Shown piece by piece: positions 17,193 through 26,692 of a DNA stretch of 64,000 bases. Below the pieces are notes generated by a model, which was given only the letters and a program-made list of their open reading frames with translations, was not told the DNA's origin and ran no database searches. Numbering within the stretch: the first letter of the stretch is position 1; each line of letters starts with the position of its first letter. Origin of the DNA: an uncultured Chloroflexia bacterium (GTDB lineage Bacteria; Chloroflexota; Limnocylindria; Limnocylindrales; CSP1-4); the NCBI GenBank assembly GCA_963828165.1, contig CAWHDR010000001.1, positions 1,811,543-1,875,542 of the forward strand. Direction: 5' to 3'. The position numbers and the translations under genes are program-made.

Positions 17193-20102
17193 CGACTCGA
17201 TGGTAGCCGAGTCGGGCCGACGGTCCGGGTGCTGGCAGTAGGCCCGGACGTGTGCCGAGTAGCCGTGCGTTCCGACGCCGACCATGCTGCCGTCGATCAC
17301 CACCGCGGAGGGACCATGGCGCGGACGAGGTATCGGGTTCTTGCGATCGGCCTGACGCTCGTGTCGGCCGCGGTGCTCGTGCTGTACCTGACGGGTCCGG
17401 GGCAATGCGCGGTGCCGCTGCGACCGTCCCTGAGCCTGTACGGCCCGCCCATCGTGGTGCGCCCGGGCCTGTGCGCAGTGGACTCGGTCGTCCCCGTGTG
17501 GCTTCTGGGGGTAGCGGCGATGTCGCTCGGCCGCTCGTATCTCCTCCTGGCCCGGGGAACGCGACCGGCACGACACTCCGACCCGCCGCCGGCCTGACCT
17601 CGGGGATCGCACAGAGGAAGCTGCGCTGGGGCCCGGTCGCCGTCGCGGCCGCGGCCGCCAACCGTTGACCGCCCTCCGCCTCCGCCGCGCGCGACACGAC
17701 GTCCGTCGCCGCGCGGCGCGGCTCCGTCCGCACCGCGGGACCCTCAGCCCTGAACGTCACCGAGACCGATCCGTCGACATCGGTCCGGTACACCCGTGCT
17801 CCGGACGCCGCGAGACGATCCAGGGTGGGACGGGCCGGGTGGCCATACGGGTTGTCGGCTCCCGCGGAGGCGATCGCGATACGCGGTCGGACCGCGTCGA
17901 GGAACGCATCGGTCGTTGCCGTCCGACTGCCGTGATGGGCGACCTTGAGCAGATCGACCCGTGGCAACCCGTCGGTCAGCAACGAAGGGTCGACGTCTTC
18001 CTCGACGTCGCCGGTCAGGAGGAACCGGCGCTCGCCGATGACGCCGAGCAGCACGACCGACACGTTGTTGATGCCGCTGCCGGTATCGGGCGGTTCCTCC
18101 GGCACCTGGCCACGCACCGGCCAGAGCACGCGCATCGCGACCTCGTCGACCGTCAATCGATCACCGGCGGCGATCGACATCCGGGTCGGCGCTCCGGGTC
18201 GGTCAAGCTGATCGAGCCAGGCCGCGTAACCTGGTCCGGGCCCCCGCATCCCGGGCTCGAGGACACGGTCGACGCGATAGCGCTCCAGGAGCAGTGCCAG
18301 CCCTGCGACGTGATCCTCGTGTGGATGGGACAGCACGACGGCGTCGAGTCGCCGGTCCCACGGTGGGATCCGTCGATCGAGCTCGACCAGGAGCCGATCC
18401 GGGTCGGGCCCACCGTCGACCAGCAGCCGCCCGCCGCGTGAGCCTTCGATCAGGATCGCATCGCCCTGGCCGACGTCGAGGATCGTGATCCGCGCCACGC
18501 CCGCCGGGCGACTGACCGCGACGGCGCCCGCGACCGACACCGCCACGACGAGGCTGAGTGTCGCCGCGCGGCTGGCTCGCGATGAGCGGGCTCCCTGTCG
18601 GTGCGATCGCACCGACACGTCGCTGATCGGGGCGCGCCGGGCCGAGCTTGGGGACCCCACCGCGTCTCGACCGCGGGCCGCCGCCGAAGCAGGACCATGG
18701 CGACACCCACGCCTGCGCTCCCGACACCAAGCGCCACACCGACGACGGGTTCGAAGGCGATGCTGCCGAATGGGATCCCCGCAGCGACCTCGACGACCCC
18801 GATGGTCATGCGTAACGCGATCCAGCCCGGAGCCGCGAGGATCGCGCCAAGGGCCGCGGGCGCGCCGGCGCTCACCAGGGCACCGCCGAGCAGAGCCACG
18901 AGGCCAGCAGCCATGGCAGGCGTGACCAGGGGCACGACCACCAGGTTCACGGCCGGTGAGATGAGCGCCAGCCGGCCGAACGAGGCCAGCACGATGGGGA
19001 GCGTCGCCGCCTGTGCCGCCAGGGAGACGCCCAGGCTCTCGCTCAACCAACGGGGGAGGCGACCGCGAGTCAGGCGATCGAGTCGATTCGTGAGTGGGGT
19101 CGCCCACGCGACGAGCCCTGCCGTGGCGAGCGTCGATAGCTGGAACCCGGCGTCGCTCACGAGCGCCGGCTCCGCGAGGAGCAGCAGGAATGCCGCGAGA
19201 CCAAGCGCCGCGGCGGCCCGGCCGCTTCGACCGGACTCCCGGGCGAGGAGGACTACCCCGGCCATCGCCCCGGCACGCAGCACCGACGGCGATGCCCCGG
19301 CGAACACGATGTACGACACGACCGCGATAGCGGTGACGATCGCTCGCCGTCGACGACCGAGCCGACCGGCCATCGCCCCGACGGCGGCGGCCACGATCGC
19401 GATGTTCCAGCCCGAGATCGCGACGACGTGACTGACGCCGGCGGTCGTGAAGTCGGCGGCGACCTCGCGGTCGACTCGATCGCGCAGGCCGATGAGGATC
19501 CCGGCGGCCAGCCCCGCCTCGGGTTCGGGTAGCACGCGGGTCAGCACGCTCGCCGGCATCGCGGCGCCAGCCCTCCAGCAACGTGCCCGGATCGGTCGGC
19601 CGCTCCAGCACCTCCATCGACCGGGCATCGAGCGTGCCCCACGCGTCGAGTCGTTCGAGATAGCGACCATACGGGCTGTCGGGCCGAGGCCGCGCGCGTC
19701 CCGCGACGGTGATCTGGTCACCCGGTTCGATCGCGGGATAGCGCGGCAGCGTGGCGGCGACCCGGAATCCGCTGAATCCTCGGACAGTGTCCGGATCGTG
19801 GCCACCTGGTGACCTTCCCGCGGAGAGCCAACGGTCTCGACGACCATCGTCCACGGCCCACTGCCCGCCGGTGCGCCTGACAGGCGGGCTCCGGCCGGCC
19901 CCAGCCCCGCCCGGAGGGTGATCGACAGGATCCCGATCGCCAACGCCAGAAGCCCGATGCGACGCGCGCGCGGCAGCCACAGGCCGATGAGCAGCAAGCA
20001 GCCGGCCGCAGCGACGAGGACACCCACGAGATGGCGGTTCTCAGCTCCGACCGTCAGCGCCGCGATCGCCGCCCCGGCCGCCAGCCAGCCGGTGCGGGGC
20101 AT
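17014..20102 (-). CDS. comEC: DNA internalisation competence protein ComEC/Rec2, reading frame interrupted
   Basis: The N-terminal multi-TM competence domain is in ORF 18450..20102. The C-terminal metallo-beta-lactamase domain (ITILDVGQGDAILI..VLSHPHEDHVAG..KVAHHGS) is in the other frame, ORF 17014..19980. The frame switch lies around 18590-18690. Homology ends near 17690, but no stop occurs until 17014. Confidence 0.8.
17316..17597 (+). CDS. small two-TM membrane protein (hypothetical)
   Basis: 93 codons, GGAGG 4 nt upstream of the ATG, and third-codon-position G/C visibly higher than in the overlapping antisense comEC tail frame. Two hydrophobic helices (VLAIGLTLVSAAVLVLYL, VVPVWLLGVAAMSLG). 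Confidence 0.4.
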   Translation: MARTRYRVLAIGLTLVSAAVLVLYLTGPGQCAVPLRPSLSLYGPPIVVRPGLCAVDSVVPVWLLGVAAMSLGRSYLLLARGTRPARHSDPPPA

Positions 20103-20103
20103 C

Positions 20104-20874
20104 TCAGCGCACCGCCACCAGTTCGCGCAGCTTTTCGAACGTCTTCTCGCCGAGGACGCCGCGGGTGCGCAACTCTTCGACGGCCGCGAACGGTGCTTCC
20201 TCGCGAGCCGCGATGATCTTCAGCGCGGTCGCGGGACCGATCCCGGGCAGCGCCTCGAGCTCGGCCTGGGTCGCGTGGTTGACGTCGACGGGAGCACCCG
20301 CAGTGGCCGGCTCGCCCGGTACCGTCGATGCGCCCGCGGGCGCGACGGCGGGCACGTCATCTCGCGACGGAACCCGCACTTGATCGCCGTCATGGAGCGT
20401 CGCCGCGAGGTTGAGCTCCCGCTCGGCCCTGACCGTGTCGACGCGCGGCCCGTATCCGCCGGCCGCCGCCACGAGATCGCCGACCCGGGAACCGGGCGCC
20501 AGGCGAAATACACCGGGTCGCGGGACGGCGCCCACGATCTCGACGACGACCTCGCCTCGGGACCCGGTGCCGGCCCCGCGTTCGGCTTCGGAGCCCGATG
20601 CGCCCGATGAACCGGCCACTCCGGACGCACCTGGGGCCGTCAGGGCCGAGCCGCCGTCGACGATCACGGCGCCATCTGGCGCCCCCGAAAACGCCAGGAT
20701 GAAGGCGACCACCGCGAACCCGACCGCCGCAACGACGGTCGCGACGACCTTGAAGATGGCCGGCGACAGCAACGCCGCAGCTGGACGATCCGCTTCCGGC
20801 GCCGTCCCTGCGGACGCCCTCGCCTCGGCCGGCGTGTCCAGCACCCGCCACGGCGGGGTCGCGGTCGGTTCCAC
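20104..20874 (-). CDS. comEA: competence protein ComEA (SLBB + helix-hairpin-helix DNA-binding)
   Basis: TM anchor, SLBB-like [31 protein letters not shown], and C-terminal (HhH)2 [32 protein letters not shown]. It ends 1 nt before the comEC start. Confidence 0.85.
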   Translation of the reverse strand: MEPTATPPWRVLDTPAEARASAGTAPEADRPAAALLSPAIFKVVATVVAAVGFAVVAFILAFSGAPDGAVIVDGGSALTAPGASGVAGSSGASGSEAERGAGTGSRGEVVVEIVGAVPRPGVFRLAPGSRVGDLVAAAGGYGPRVDTVRAERELNLAATLHDGDQVRVPSRDDVPAVAPAGASTVPGEPATAGAPVDVNHATQAELEALPGIGPATALKIIAAREEAPFAAVEELRTRGVLGEKTFEKLRELVAVR

Positions 20875-21118
20875 ATCGCACTCCGCGGCGGGCGGTCGTG
20901 ACCGACGACGAGGAAACCGCGACGTCTCGCCACGTTGGGGGCACTTCCGACGCGGCGAGACGTCTTCGAGACCTTACGCACGGGCGCTTAGCTGCGACTT
21001 ATCGCGCCAGATCGGGAACGCTGCTCCTGCGACCCTTCTGCAAGGTCACGGCCCGCCGAAGCGTAGAATCCGAGCCACGTCCCCGGCCACCCTTGTTTCC
21101 CGCACAGGAGGACCTTCC

Positions 21119-21322
21119 ATGGCCGTCGCCCGAGTGACCGAGATCAGCTCCACGTCGTCGAAGAGCTTCGAGGACGCCATCCAGCAGGGCGTCGCGCGCG
21201 CCACGAAGACGCTGCGCAACGTCCGTAGCGCCTGGATCAAGGAGCAGCGCGTCGATATCCGCGATGGGGCCATCGCCGAGTACCAGGTCAACATGATGGT
21301 GACCTTCATCCTGGACGACTGA
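21119..21322 (+). CDS. dodecin family flavin-binding protein
   Basis: 67 aa: MAVARVTEISSTSSKSFEDAIQQGVARATKTLRNVRSAWIKEQRVDIRDGAIAEYQVNMMVTFILDD, a classic dodecin pattern. CAGGAGGA Shine-Dalgarno sequence upstream. Confidence 0.75.
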   Translation: MAVARVTEISSTSSKSFEDAIQQGVARATKTLRNVRSAWIKEQRVDIRDGAIAEYQVNMMVTFILDD

Positions 21323-21324
21323 CG

Positions 21325-21675
21325 ATGGACGTCGAGACCGTTCGCAAGCACGCGGACGCCTACTGCGCGGCGCTTCTTGCCGGCGACATCGGACGGGCGT
21401 CCGAGGAGTTCAGCCAGCAGCTGAAGCAGAACATCGGCGAGGTGGTCTCCCAGCTGCCGCTGCCGCTGACCCAGGCCGCCGTCGAATCCGTCGACGTCGC
21501 GGGCTCCGGCTACGTCGCCGTCCTGCACCTGACCGGCGAGACCGACGACATCCGGATCGAGACCCGCTGGAAGGACCGCGACGGCCGCCCGACGATGGTC
21601 GAGGCGAGCCACGTCATCGAACGGGTGGCAGCGCCACCGGCCGAGGAAGGCGCCGAAGCCGAAGCCGAGGCGTAG
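21325..21675 (+). CDS. hypothetical protein (small alpha+beta protein, acidic Ala/Glu tail)
   Basis: 116-aa ORF starting 3 nt after the dodecin stop, with coding-like composition. No family recognised. Confidence 0.55.
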   Translation: MDVETVRKHADAYCAALLAGDIGRASEEFSQQLKQNIGEVVSQLPLPLTQAAVESVDVAGSGYVAVLHLTGETDDIRIETRWKDRDGRPTMVEASHVIERVAAPPAEEGAEAEAEA

Positions 21676-21708
21676 GCCTGAGACGTCCGCGACACGCCCG
21701 GGGAATCG

Positions 21709-21740
21709 AAGGAGCGCCTGCCGAACGGCAGGCGCTCCTT
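21709..21740. terminator. bidirectional intrinsic terminator hairpin
   Basis: Perfect 14-bp stem AAGGAGCGCCTGCC-GAAC-GGCAGGCGCTCCTT followed by CTTCT, placed between convergent genes 21325..21675 (+) and 21758..22027 (-). Confidence 0.6.
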
Positions 21741-21757
21741 CTTCTGGGCAGTGATCG

Positions 21758-22027
21758 TTACTCCGCGGCCTTCAGGCTGCGGCCGAGGTCTTCGGCGACT
21801 GCGTCGTCGAGACGGCGCACCGCAGCGGCGCTGCCGCGGCTCACCGCGGCGAGGCCCTGCGCGAGCGCGCGCCGGGCGAACGAAGGTCGATCCGGCTCGA
21901 ACGCCGAGAGCTCCGCCGCCTGACGGGCCTCGCGAGCCTCTCGCGTCTGCCGATACTCCATGCTGAAGACGTCGGCACGACGCTGATTGGCGAGATCGAG
22001 AGCAAGGAAGCTGTACAGGTAGTTCAT
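21758..22027 (-). CDS. hypothetical helical Arg/Ala-rich protein
   Basis: 89-aa ORF (MNYLYSFLALDLANQRRADVFSMEYRQTREAREARQAAEL..). GGAG Shine-Dalgarno sequence 8 nt upstream. Second gene of a two-gene micro-operon. Confidence 0.5.
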   Translation of the reverse strand: MNYLYSFLALDLANQRRADVFSMEYRQTREAREARQAAELSAFEPDRPSFARRALAQGLAAVSRGSAAAVRRLDDAVAEDLGRSLKAAE

Positions 22028-22071
22028 CGTGAGGACTCCAGTCCGGCCGCAGCCGGAAGTTCAGAACGGGT

Positions 22072-22188
22072 TCAGCGGGTGTGGTCGTCAGGGAGGCGGT
22101 CGCGCGAATCGGTGCCCCAATTGAGGGCCGCGACGTCCAGGCTCATCAGACCGGCGATGAGGATCGCGAACATGATCATGAATTCCAT
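22072..22188 (-). CDS. 38-aa single-TM peptide (hypothetical; below the ORF-track cutoff)
   Basis: Hand translation: MEFMIMFAILIAGLMSLDVAALNWGTDSRDRLPDDHTR. Perfect AGGAGG 6 nt upstream of the ATG at 22188; TGA at 22072-22074. Confidence 0.45.
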   Translation of the reverse strand: MEFMIMFAILIAGLMSLDVAALNWGTDSRDRLPDDHTR

Positions 22189-22210
22189 GGCCGACCTCCT
22201 TTCCCGAGGT

Positions 22211-22240
22211 GTAACCCGTTTATCGTGTCTTACCGGTTAC
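22211..22240. promoter_or_regulatory. operator-like inverted repeat GTAACC-N18-GGTTAC (copy 1)
   Basis: GTAACC at 22211-22216 and GGTTAC at 22235-22240, next to the micro-operon start. Confidence 0.45.
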
Positions 22241-22263
22241 TAGGTGACTGTACCCCCTTGCGC

Positions 22264-22293
22264 GTAACCTGTCAAGCGCTATATAGTGGTTAC
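22264..22293. promoter_or_regulatory. operator-like inverted repeat GTAACC-N18-GGTTAC (copy 2), overlapping the CGNR-gene promoter
   Basis: GTAACC at 22264-22269 and GGTTAC at 22288-22293, with the same 18-nt spacing as copy 1. It encloses a TATAGT -10 (22282-22287; candidate -35 TTGCGC at 22258-22263) that lies 10 nt before the ATG at 22298, so the mRNA may be leaderless. Confidence 0.45.
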
Positions 22294-22297
22294 CACG

Positions 22298-23437
22298 ATG
22301 ACAACACAACGTTTTCAGACGACCGACCCGAACCACGCTCACGACGTCTCGTTGGAGGGCACGTTCGACTTCGTGAACACCTACGACCTTGAGAACACCT
22401 TCGACGTCGAGAAGGGTTTCCCGGTGGATCGGTTGCCAACGCTCAATTCCGCCCTCGCCTGGTTCGTCGAACGTGGGGTCATCCATTACGAGGGCGCGGA
22501 GCGCTGGCGTCAGCAGGCGTCCGCCGAGCCGCCCGCTGGTGCGGAAGTGCTCACCCGGATCCATGCCGTACGAGCGGCACTGCGCGAGGTCGCCGATTCG
22601 ATCGCCGAGGAACGCGCTCCGGATCCGGCCGCGCTCGACACCGTGAACCGTGCCCTCCACGCCCGCCAGGTCATCGAGCTGATTCCCGCGTGGGACGGCG
22701 TGAGCGTGGACCACCGCCACGTCGGCGACCCGATCGATGACGCCCTGGCCCGTTTGGCCGATCCGCTCGTGCGGGAGCTGACGGACGGACACCCGGAGCG
22801 CATCCGGATCTGCGACAACGACCGCTGCCGCTGGGTCTTCTACGACACGTCGCGGACGGGCCGCCGGCGCTGGTGCGACATGGCGACCTGTGGCAACCGG
22901 GCCAAGGCGGCCCGGCACCGGGCTCGGGCGAAGGCGGGCGAGGCCGGCGAGGCGGACACGTCGGCGGACACCTCGGCGACGACCGAGAAGCCGACCCGCC
23001 GCTCGCGAACTAGCCAGAGGAACGCTACCGCCCGCAACCGTTGGGCCATGGACGGGACCGCCCCCGGGCTCGTACCGTTCCGGCGTGCGACACATCGTCT
23101 TCGGACTTGCCATCGCTCTCGCCGGTGCCACAGGGCTGGCAGCCATCATCGAGCTGACGAAGACGCCCACGGCCGGCTGGACCGATCCGGGCGCGCACGT
23201 CGTCGACGGCCTGTGGCTCGGCGCCGCGACGGCCTGTCCCCTCGAAGGCGGGCAGGAGTGCTCACTGGCCCTCGATGCGGCCATGGCGCGTCTGGCGGTG
23301 ATCACGTCGACGGCGACGGTGACGTCCGCGTCGGTCGCCAAGCCCGTGGGCGCGTACCGGAACGGGCGAGGCGGGACGATCCTGGCAACGACCGCTGGCT
23401 GGGTCACCTACAACATCGTCGTTCTCGGGCTGGCTGA
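22298..23437 (+). CDS. CGNR zinc-finger (ABATE-domain) protein
   Basis: ..IRICDNDRCRWVFYDTSRTGRRRWCDMATCGNRAKAARHRAR is the CGNR zinc-finger signature, preceded by an ABATE-like domain. Recognisable sequence ends near 22950. The ORF then runs on as an Arg/Gly/His-rich tail to 23437, overlapping the next gene. Confidence 0.75.
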   Translation: MTTQRFQTTDPNHAHDVSLEGTFDFVNTYDLENTFDVEKGFPVDRLPTLNSALAWFVERGVIHYEGAERWRQQASAEPPAGAEVLTRIHAVRAALREVADSIAEERAPDPAALDTVNRALHARQVIELIPAWDGVSVDHRHVGDPIDDALARLADPLVRELTDGHPERIRICDNDRCRWVFYDTSRTGRRRWCDMATCGNRAKAARHRARAKAGEAGEADTSADTSATTEKPTRRSRTSQRNATARNRWAMDGTAPGLVPFRRATHRLRTCHRSRRCHRAGSHHRADEDAHGRLDRSGRARRRRPVARRRDGLSPRRRAGVLTGPRCGHGASGGDHVDGDGDVRVGRQARGRVPERARRDDPGNDRWLGHLQHRRSRAG

Positions 23438-23579
23438 TGGCAAACGGTTGATGGTCGGCGTGTATTGCGAGCCGCGGATGGAACGAGAGTCAGGCTCGAT
23501 CCCGGCCCACTGTCAGGCTGACGCCGCTCCGGTCAATGCGCCACGAGTCGGCGAGGAACCCTGGCTCCGCAGCGACTGA
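23085..23579 (+). CDS. membrane-anchored/exported hypothetical protein
   Basis: In-frame GTG at 23085 gives VRHIVFGLAIALAGATGLAAIIE.. (signal/anchor) and a Cys-containing domain. Part of ORF 22890..23579. Confidence 0.5.
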   Translation: MRHIVFGLAIALAGATGLAAIIELTKTPTAGWTDPGAHVVDGLWLGAATACPLEGGQECSLALDAAMARLAVITSTATVTSASVAKPVGAYRNGRGGTILATTAGWVTYNIVVLGLADGKRLMVGVYCEPRMERESGSIPAHCQADAAPVNAPRVGEEPWLRSD

Positions 23580-23603
23580 GCGCGCACGTGTCGTCGTGGG
23601 CGG

Positions 23604-24023
23604 TCAGGGGCAGGGACCGGGCTCCACGCTCGCGGCCGGGGCCAGCGCTTCCGTCTCGCCAAGCTGTCCGATCAGCACCGTGACCACACCGCACGGCAGC
23701 CCGATCGACGCGCCGTTGCCGTACCGACCGGCGGCGCCGGCCGCCAACTGGTCGTCGTTGATCGGCAGCGACAGGAGCACGGCACCGGACGGCGAACGGA
23801 CTTCGAGCGCCTGCGGCCGCCCTACCCCGGTGATCGATGCGTCGCCGCTGGCTCCAGGCGCGAACGTCGCCACCCAGCGGCCGTCTGCGTAGACGCCGAC
23901 GGCGATATCGGTCGCGTTGTCGACATGCAGGGGCCCGCTGGCTGCGCAGGCCACCGTGATCCAGGCGATGATCGCCAGCCCGAACGCGAGGACGGCGCCA
24001 CGCTCCCCGTGCCGCGCGATCAC
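23604..24023 (-). CDS. exported hypothetical protein
   Basis: 139-aa ORF with signal/anchor GAVLAFGLAIIAWITVACAASG. The GTG at 24023 overlaps the leuS TGA (GTGA), so it is co-transcribed with leuS. Confidence 0.55.
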   Translation of the reverse strand: MIARHGERGAVLAFGLAIIAWITVACAASGPLHVDNATDIAVGVYADGRWVATFAPGASGDASITGVGRPQALEVRSPSGAVLLSLPINDDQLAAGAAGRYGNGASIGLPCGVVTVLIGQLGETEALAPAASVEPGPCP

Positions 24024-26611
24024 GCTTCGCGGACGACGATGTTGATGAGCTTCCCGCCGCCCGCCAGGATGATCTTGTCTGGCTGACGGCCAGCCAGGAT
24101 CGCGATGACCTTCGGGCTGGCCAGCGCGGCCGCCTCGAGCTGCGGGCCGCCGATCCCCGCCGGGACCGTCAGCTTGTCGCGGAGCTTGCCGTTGACCTGG
24201 ACCGGCACTTCCCGGGTCGACTCAGCCGTCGCGGCAACGTCGACCTCCGGCCACGATTCGGTATGGATGGACGACCACTCGCGACCGGCCTCGGCGGCGC
24301 GGCGCGACCAGAGCTCCTCGGTGATGTGCGGGGCGGCTGGCGCCAGCATCAGCAGCAGCAGCCGGATCGCCTCGTCCCACGCGGTGCCACCGGCGATCGG
24401 CGTCCCGCGGTAGCGGAACAGGACGTTCGAGAGCTCCATCAGCTTGGCGACCATCGTGTTGAAGTGGTACGCCTCGTAGTCGGCGGTGACATCCCGCAGG
24501 GTGCGATGTGCCGCCGAGCGCAGCCTGGCTTCGGCGGCATCGACGTCCTCGCCCGCCGGCAGGTTGCCGGCGTCGGGATCGCCCCCCTCGCGCCCATGCG
24601 GGTCGACCGTCAGCGTCCACACCCGATTGAGGAAGTGATGTGGGCCGCCGATGCCGGTCGGGCTCCACGGGCCACCCTGGTCCCAGGGGCCCATGAACAT
24701 CAGGTACAGCCGAACCGTGTCTGCGCCGTAGCGCGCGACCAGCTCGTCGGGGTCCTGCACGTTGCCCCGGGACTTCGACATTCGCTCGCCGTCTGCACCC
24801 AGGATCTGGCCCTGGTTGAACATGCGCAGGAAGGGCTCGTCCTGACCGACCAGCCCGCAGTCGCGCATCGCCTTGGTCCAGAACCGGCTGTACATCAGGT
24901 GCATCACTGCGTGCTCGGCACCACCCGTGTACTGGTCGACGGGGGTCCAGGCATCGGCCATCGCCCGGTCCACCGGCCCATCGTCGTAGTCCGGCGACAG
25001 ATAGCGGAACCAGTACCACGACGAGTCGACGAACGTGTCCATCGTGTCGGTCTCTCGTCGCGCCGGCCCACCGCAGCGTGGGCAATCGACGCGCAGGAAG
25101 GCCTCGTCCTGGTTCAGCGGGTTGTCGCCGCGTCCCTTGTAGTCCACGTTCTCCGGCAGGCGGACCGGCAGGTCCGCGTCGGGCACCGGCACGATCCCAT
25201 CCGTCTCGCAGTAGATGATCGGGATGGGCGTGCCCCAGTAACGCTGGCGGCTGATCAGCCAGTCGCGCAATCGATAGGTGACCTTGGGCTCGGCCTCGCC
25301 GGTTTCCGCGAGTTTCGCGACGATCGCCTTGCCGCCCTCGTCGGCCGGCATCCCATCGAAGGGGCCGCTGTTGACCAGGCGCTCGCCCTCGGCGTGGGCC
25401 ACATAGGCGTCGGCCATCGGGTCATCCGCGGCAGTTCCGGGCGCGGCGACCACGCGGCGGATCGGCAGGCCGAACTGCTGTGCGAAGACGAAGTCGCGCT
25501 CGTCGTGCGCGGGGACCGCCATGATCGCCCCAGTCCCGTAGCCGGACAGCACGTAGTCCGCGATGAAGATCGGGACCTGCTCGTCGTTGATCGGGTTGAT
25601 GGCCGAGGCTCCGATCGCGACCCCGGTCTTCTCGCGGTCGGTCGACAGCCGGTCGATCTCGGTTCGTCGCCTGGCCTGCTGGACATAGGCCTCGACCTCC
25701 GCCCGCTTCTCGGGCGCGGTCAGGGTCTCGACGAGCGGATGCTCCGGGGCGAGGACCATGAACGTGGCCCCGAACAGCGTGTCCGGCCGCGTCGTGAAGA
25801 CCCGCAACGTCTCGCCGCCCGGGTGATGGTCTGACGGGGCCGTCTCGAAGTCGATCTCCGCGCCCTCCGAGCGGCCGATCCAGTTCGTCTGCTGGATCCG
25901 GATGGGCTCCGGCCAGTCGATCCCGGTGAAGTCCAGCAGCTCGTCCGCGTACGCGGTCGTCCGCAGGTACCACTGCTCGAGGTCGCGCTTCTCGACGGGA
26001 GCGCCGCAGCGCCAGCAATGCCGATCCGCGCCCTCGACCTGTTCGCGTGCCAGCGTCCCGTCGTTGGGGCACCAGTCGACCGGCGACATCTTCCGGTAGG
26101 CGAGGCCCTTCTCGAGGAACCGCAGGAACATCCACTGGTTCCAGCGGTAGTAGGACGGGTCGGCGGTGACCACTTCGTGCTTCCAGGAGAACGTGGCGCC
26201 CATCGAGCGGAACTGCCGGCGCATGTTCTCCATGTTCTGCATCGTCCAGGTGAACGGATGGCCACCCTCCCGGATGGCCGCGTTTTCGGCCGGTAACCCG
26301 AAGGCATCGAAGCCGATCGGGAAGAACACGTTGTAGCCATGCATCCGCCGATAGCGGGCCAGCGCATCACTCGGCGTCACGATGTACCAGTGCCCGATGT
26401 GCAGGTCACCCGACGGGTACGGGTACATGGTCAACATGTAGTACTTGGGCCGGCTCGTGTCCGCCAAGTCGGTGTCGTGCAGGCCGAGCTCTGCCCAGCG
26501 CGCCTGCCAGCGCGGCTCGACCGCCGTCGGGTCGTAGCGCCCGACCCGTGTTCGGCCGTCGACGGTGTCGGCGGCGTCGGCTGTCTTGGCGGTGTCGGCG
26601 GTGTCGGTCAC
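24020..26611 (-). CDS. leuS: leucine--tRNA ligase
   Basis: 863 aa. HIGH motif (PYPSGDLHIGHWY), KMSKS motif (ERMSKSRGN), and CP1 editing and anticodon-binding regions recognisable throughout. GTG start at 26611. The N-terminus is a (T-D/A-x)n repeat. Confidence 0.95.
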   Translation of the reverse strand: MTDTADTAKTADAADTVDGRTRVGRYDPTAVEPRWQARWAELGLHDTDLADTSRPKYYMLTMYPYPSGDLHIGHWYIVTPSDALARYRRMHGYNVFFPIGFDAFGLPAENAAIREGGHPFTWTMQNMENMRRQFRSMGATFSWKHEVVTADPSYYRWNQWMFLRFLEKGLAYRKMSPVDWCPNDGTLAREQVEGADRHCWRCGAPVEKRDLEQWYLRTTAYADELLDFTGIDWPEPIRIQQTNWIGRSEGAEIDFETAPSDHHPGGETLRVFTTRPDTLFGATFMVLAPEHPLVETLTAPEKRAEVEAYVQQARRRTEIDRLSTDREKTGVAIGASAINPINDEQVPIFIADYVLSGYGTGAIMAVPAHDERDFVFAQQFGLPIRRVVAAPGTAADDPMADAYVAHAEGERLVNSGPFDGMPADEGGKAIVAKLAETGEAEPKVTYRLRDWLISRQRYWGTPIPIIYCETDGIVPVPDADLPVRLPENVDYKGRGDNPLNQDEAFLRVDCPRCGGPARRETDTMDTFVDSSWYWFRYLSPDYDDGPVDRAMADAWTPVDQYTGGAEHAVMHLMYSRFWTKAMRDCGLVGQDEPFLRMFNQGQILGADGERMSKSRGNVQDPDELVARYGADTVRLYLMFMGPWDQGGPWSPTGIGGPHHFLNRVWTLTVDPHGREGGDPDAGNLPAGEDVDAAEARLRSAAHRTLRDVTADYEAYHFNTMVAKLMELSNVLFRYRGTPIAGGTAWDEAIRLLLLMLAPAAPHITEELWSRRAAEAGREWSSIHTESWPEVDVAATAESTREVPVQVNGKLRDKLTVPAGIGGPQLEAAALASPKVIAILAGRQPDKIILAGGGKLINIVVREA

Positions 26612-26692
26612 GGAGCGAGCCTCTGGTCGGTCGCCGGAGACGGTTCACCCCCCGCCGTCGGCGAGGGGTGAGGGTCGGCGGTTCCACGTTTC

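Noticed and set aside
26564-26611. Five imperfect 9-nt repeats (GGTGTCGGC type) at the 5' end of leuS.
   Set aside because: They are in frame, encode a short (T-D/A-x)n N-terminal extension of LeuS, and have no spacer structure or partner repeats. This is low-complexity coding sequence of little consequence.
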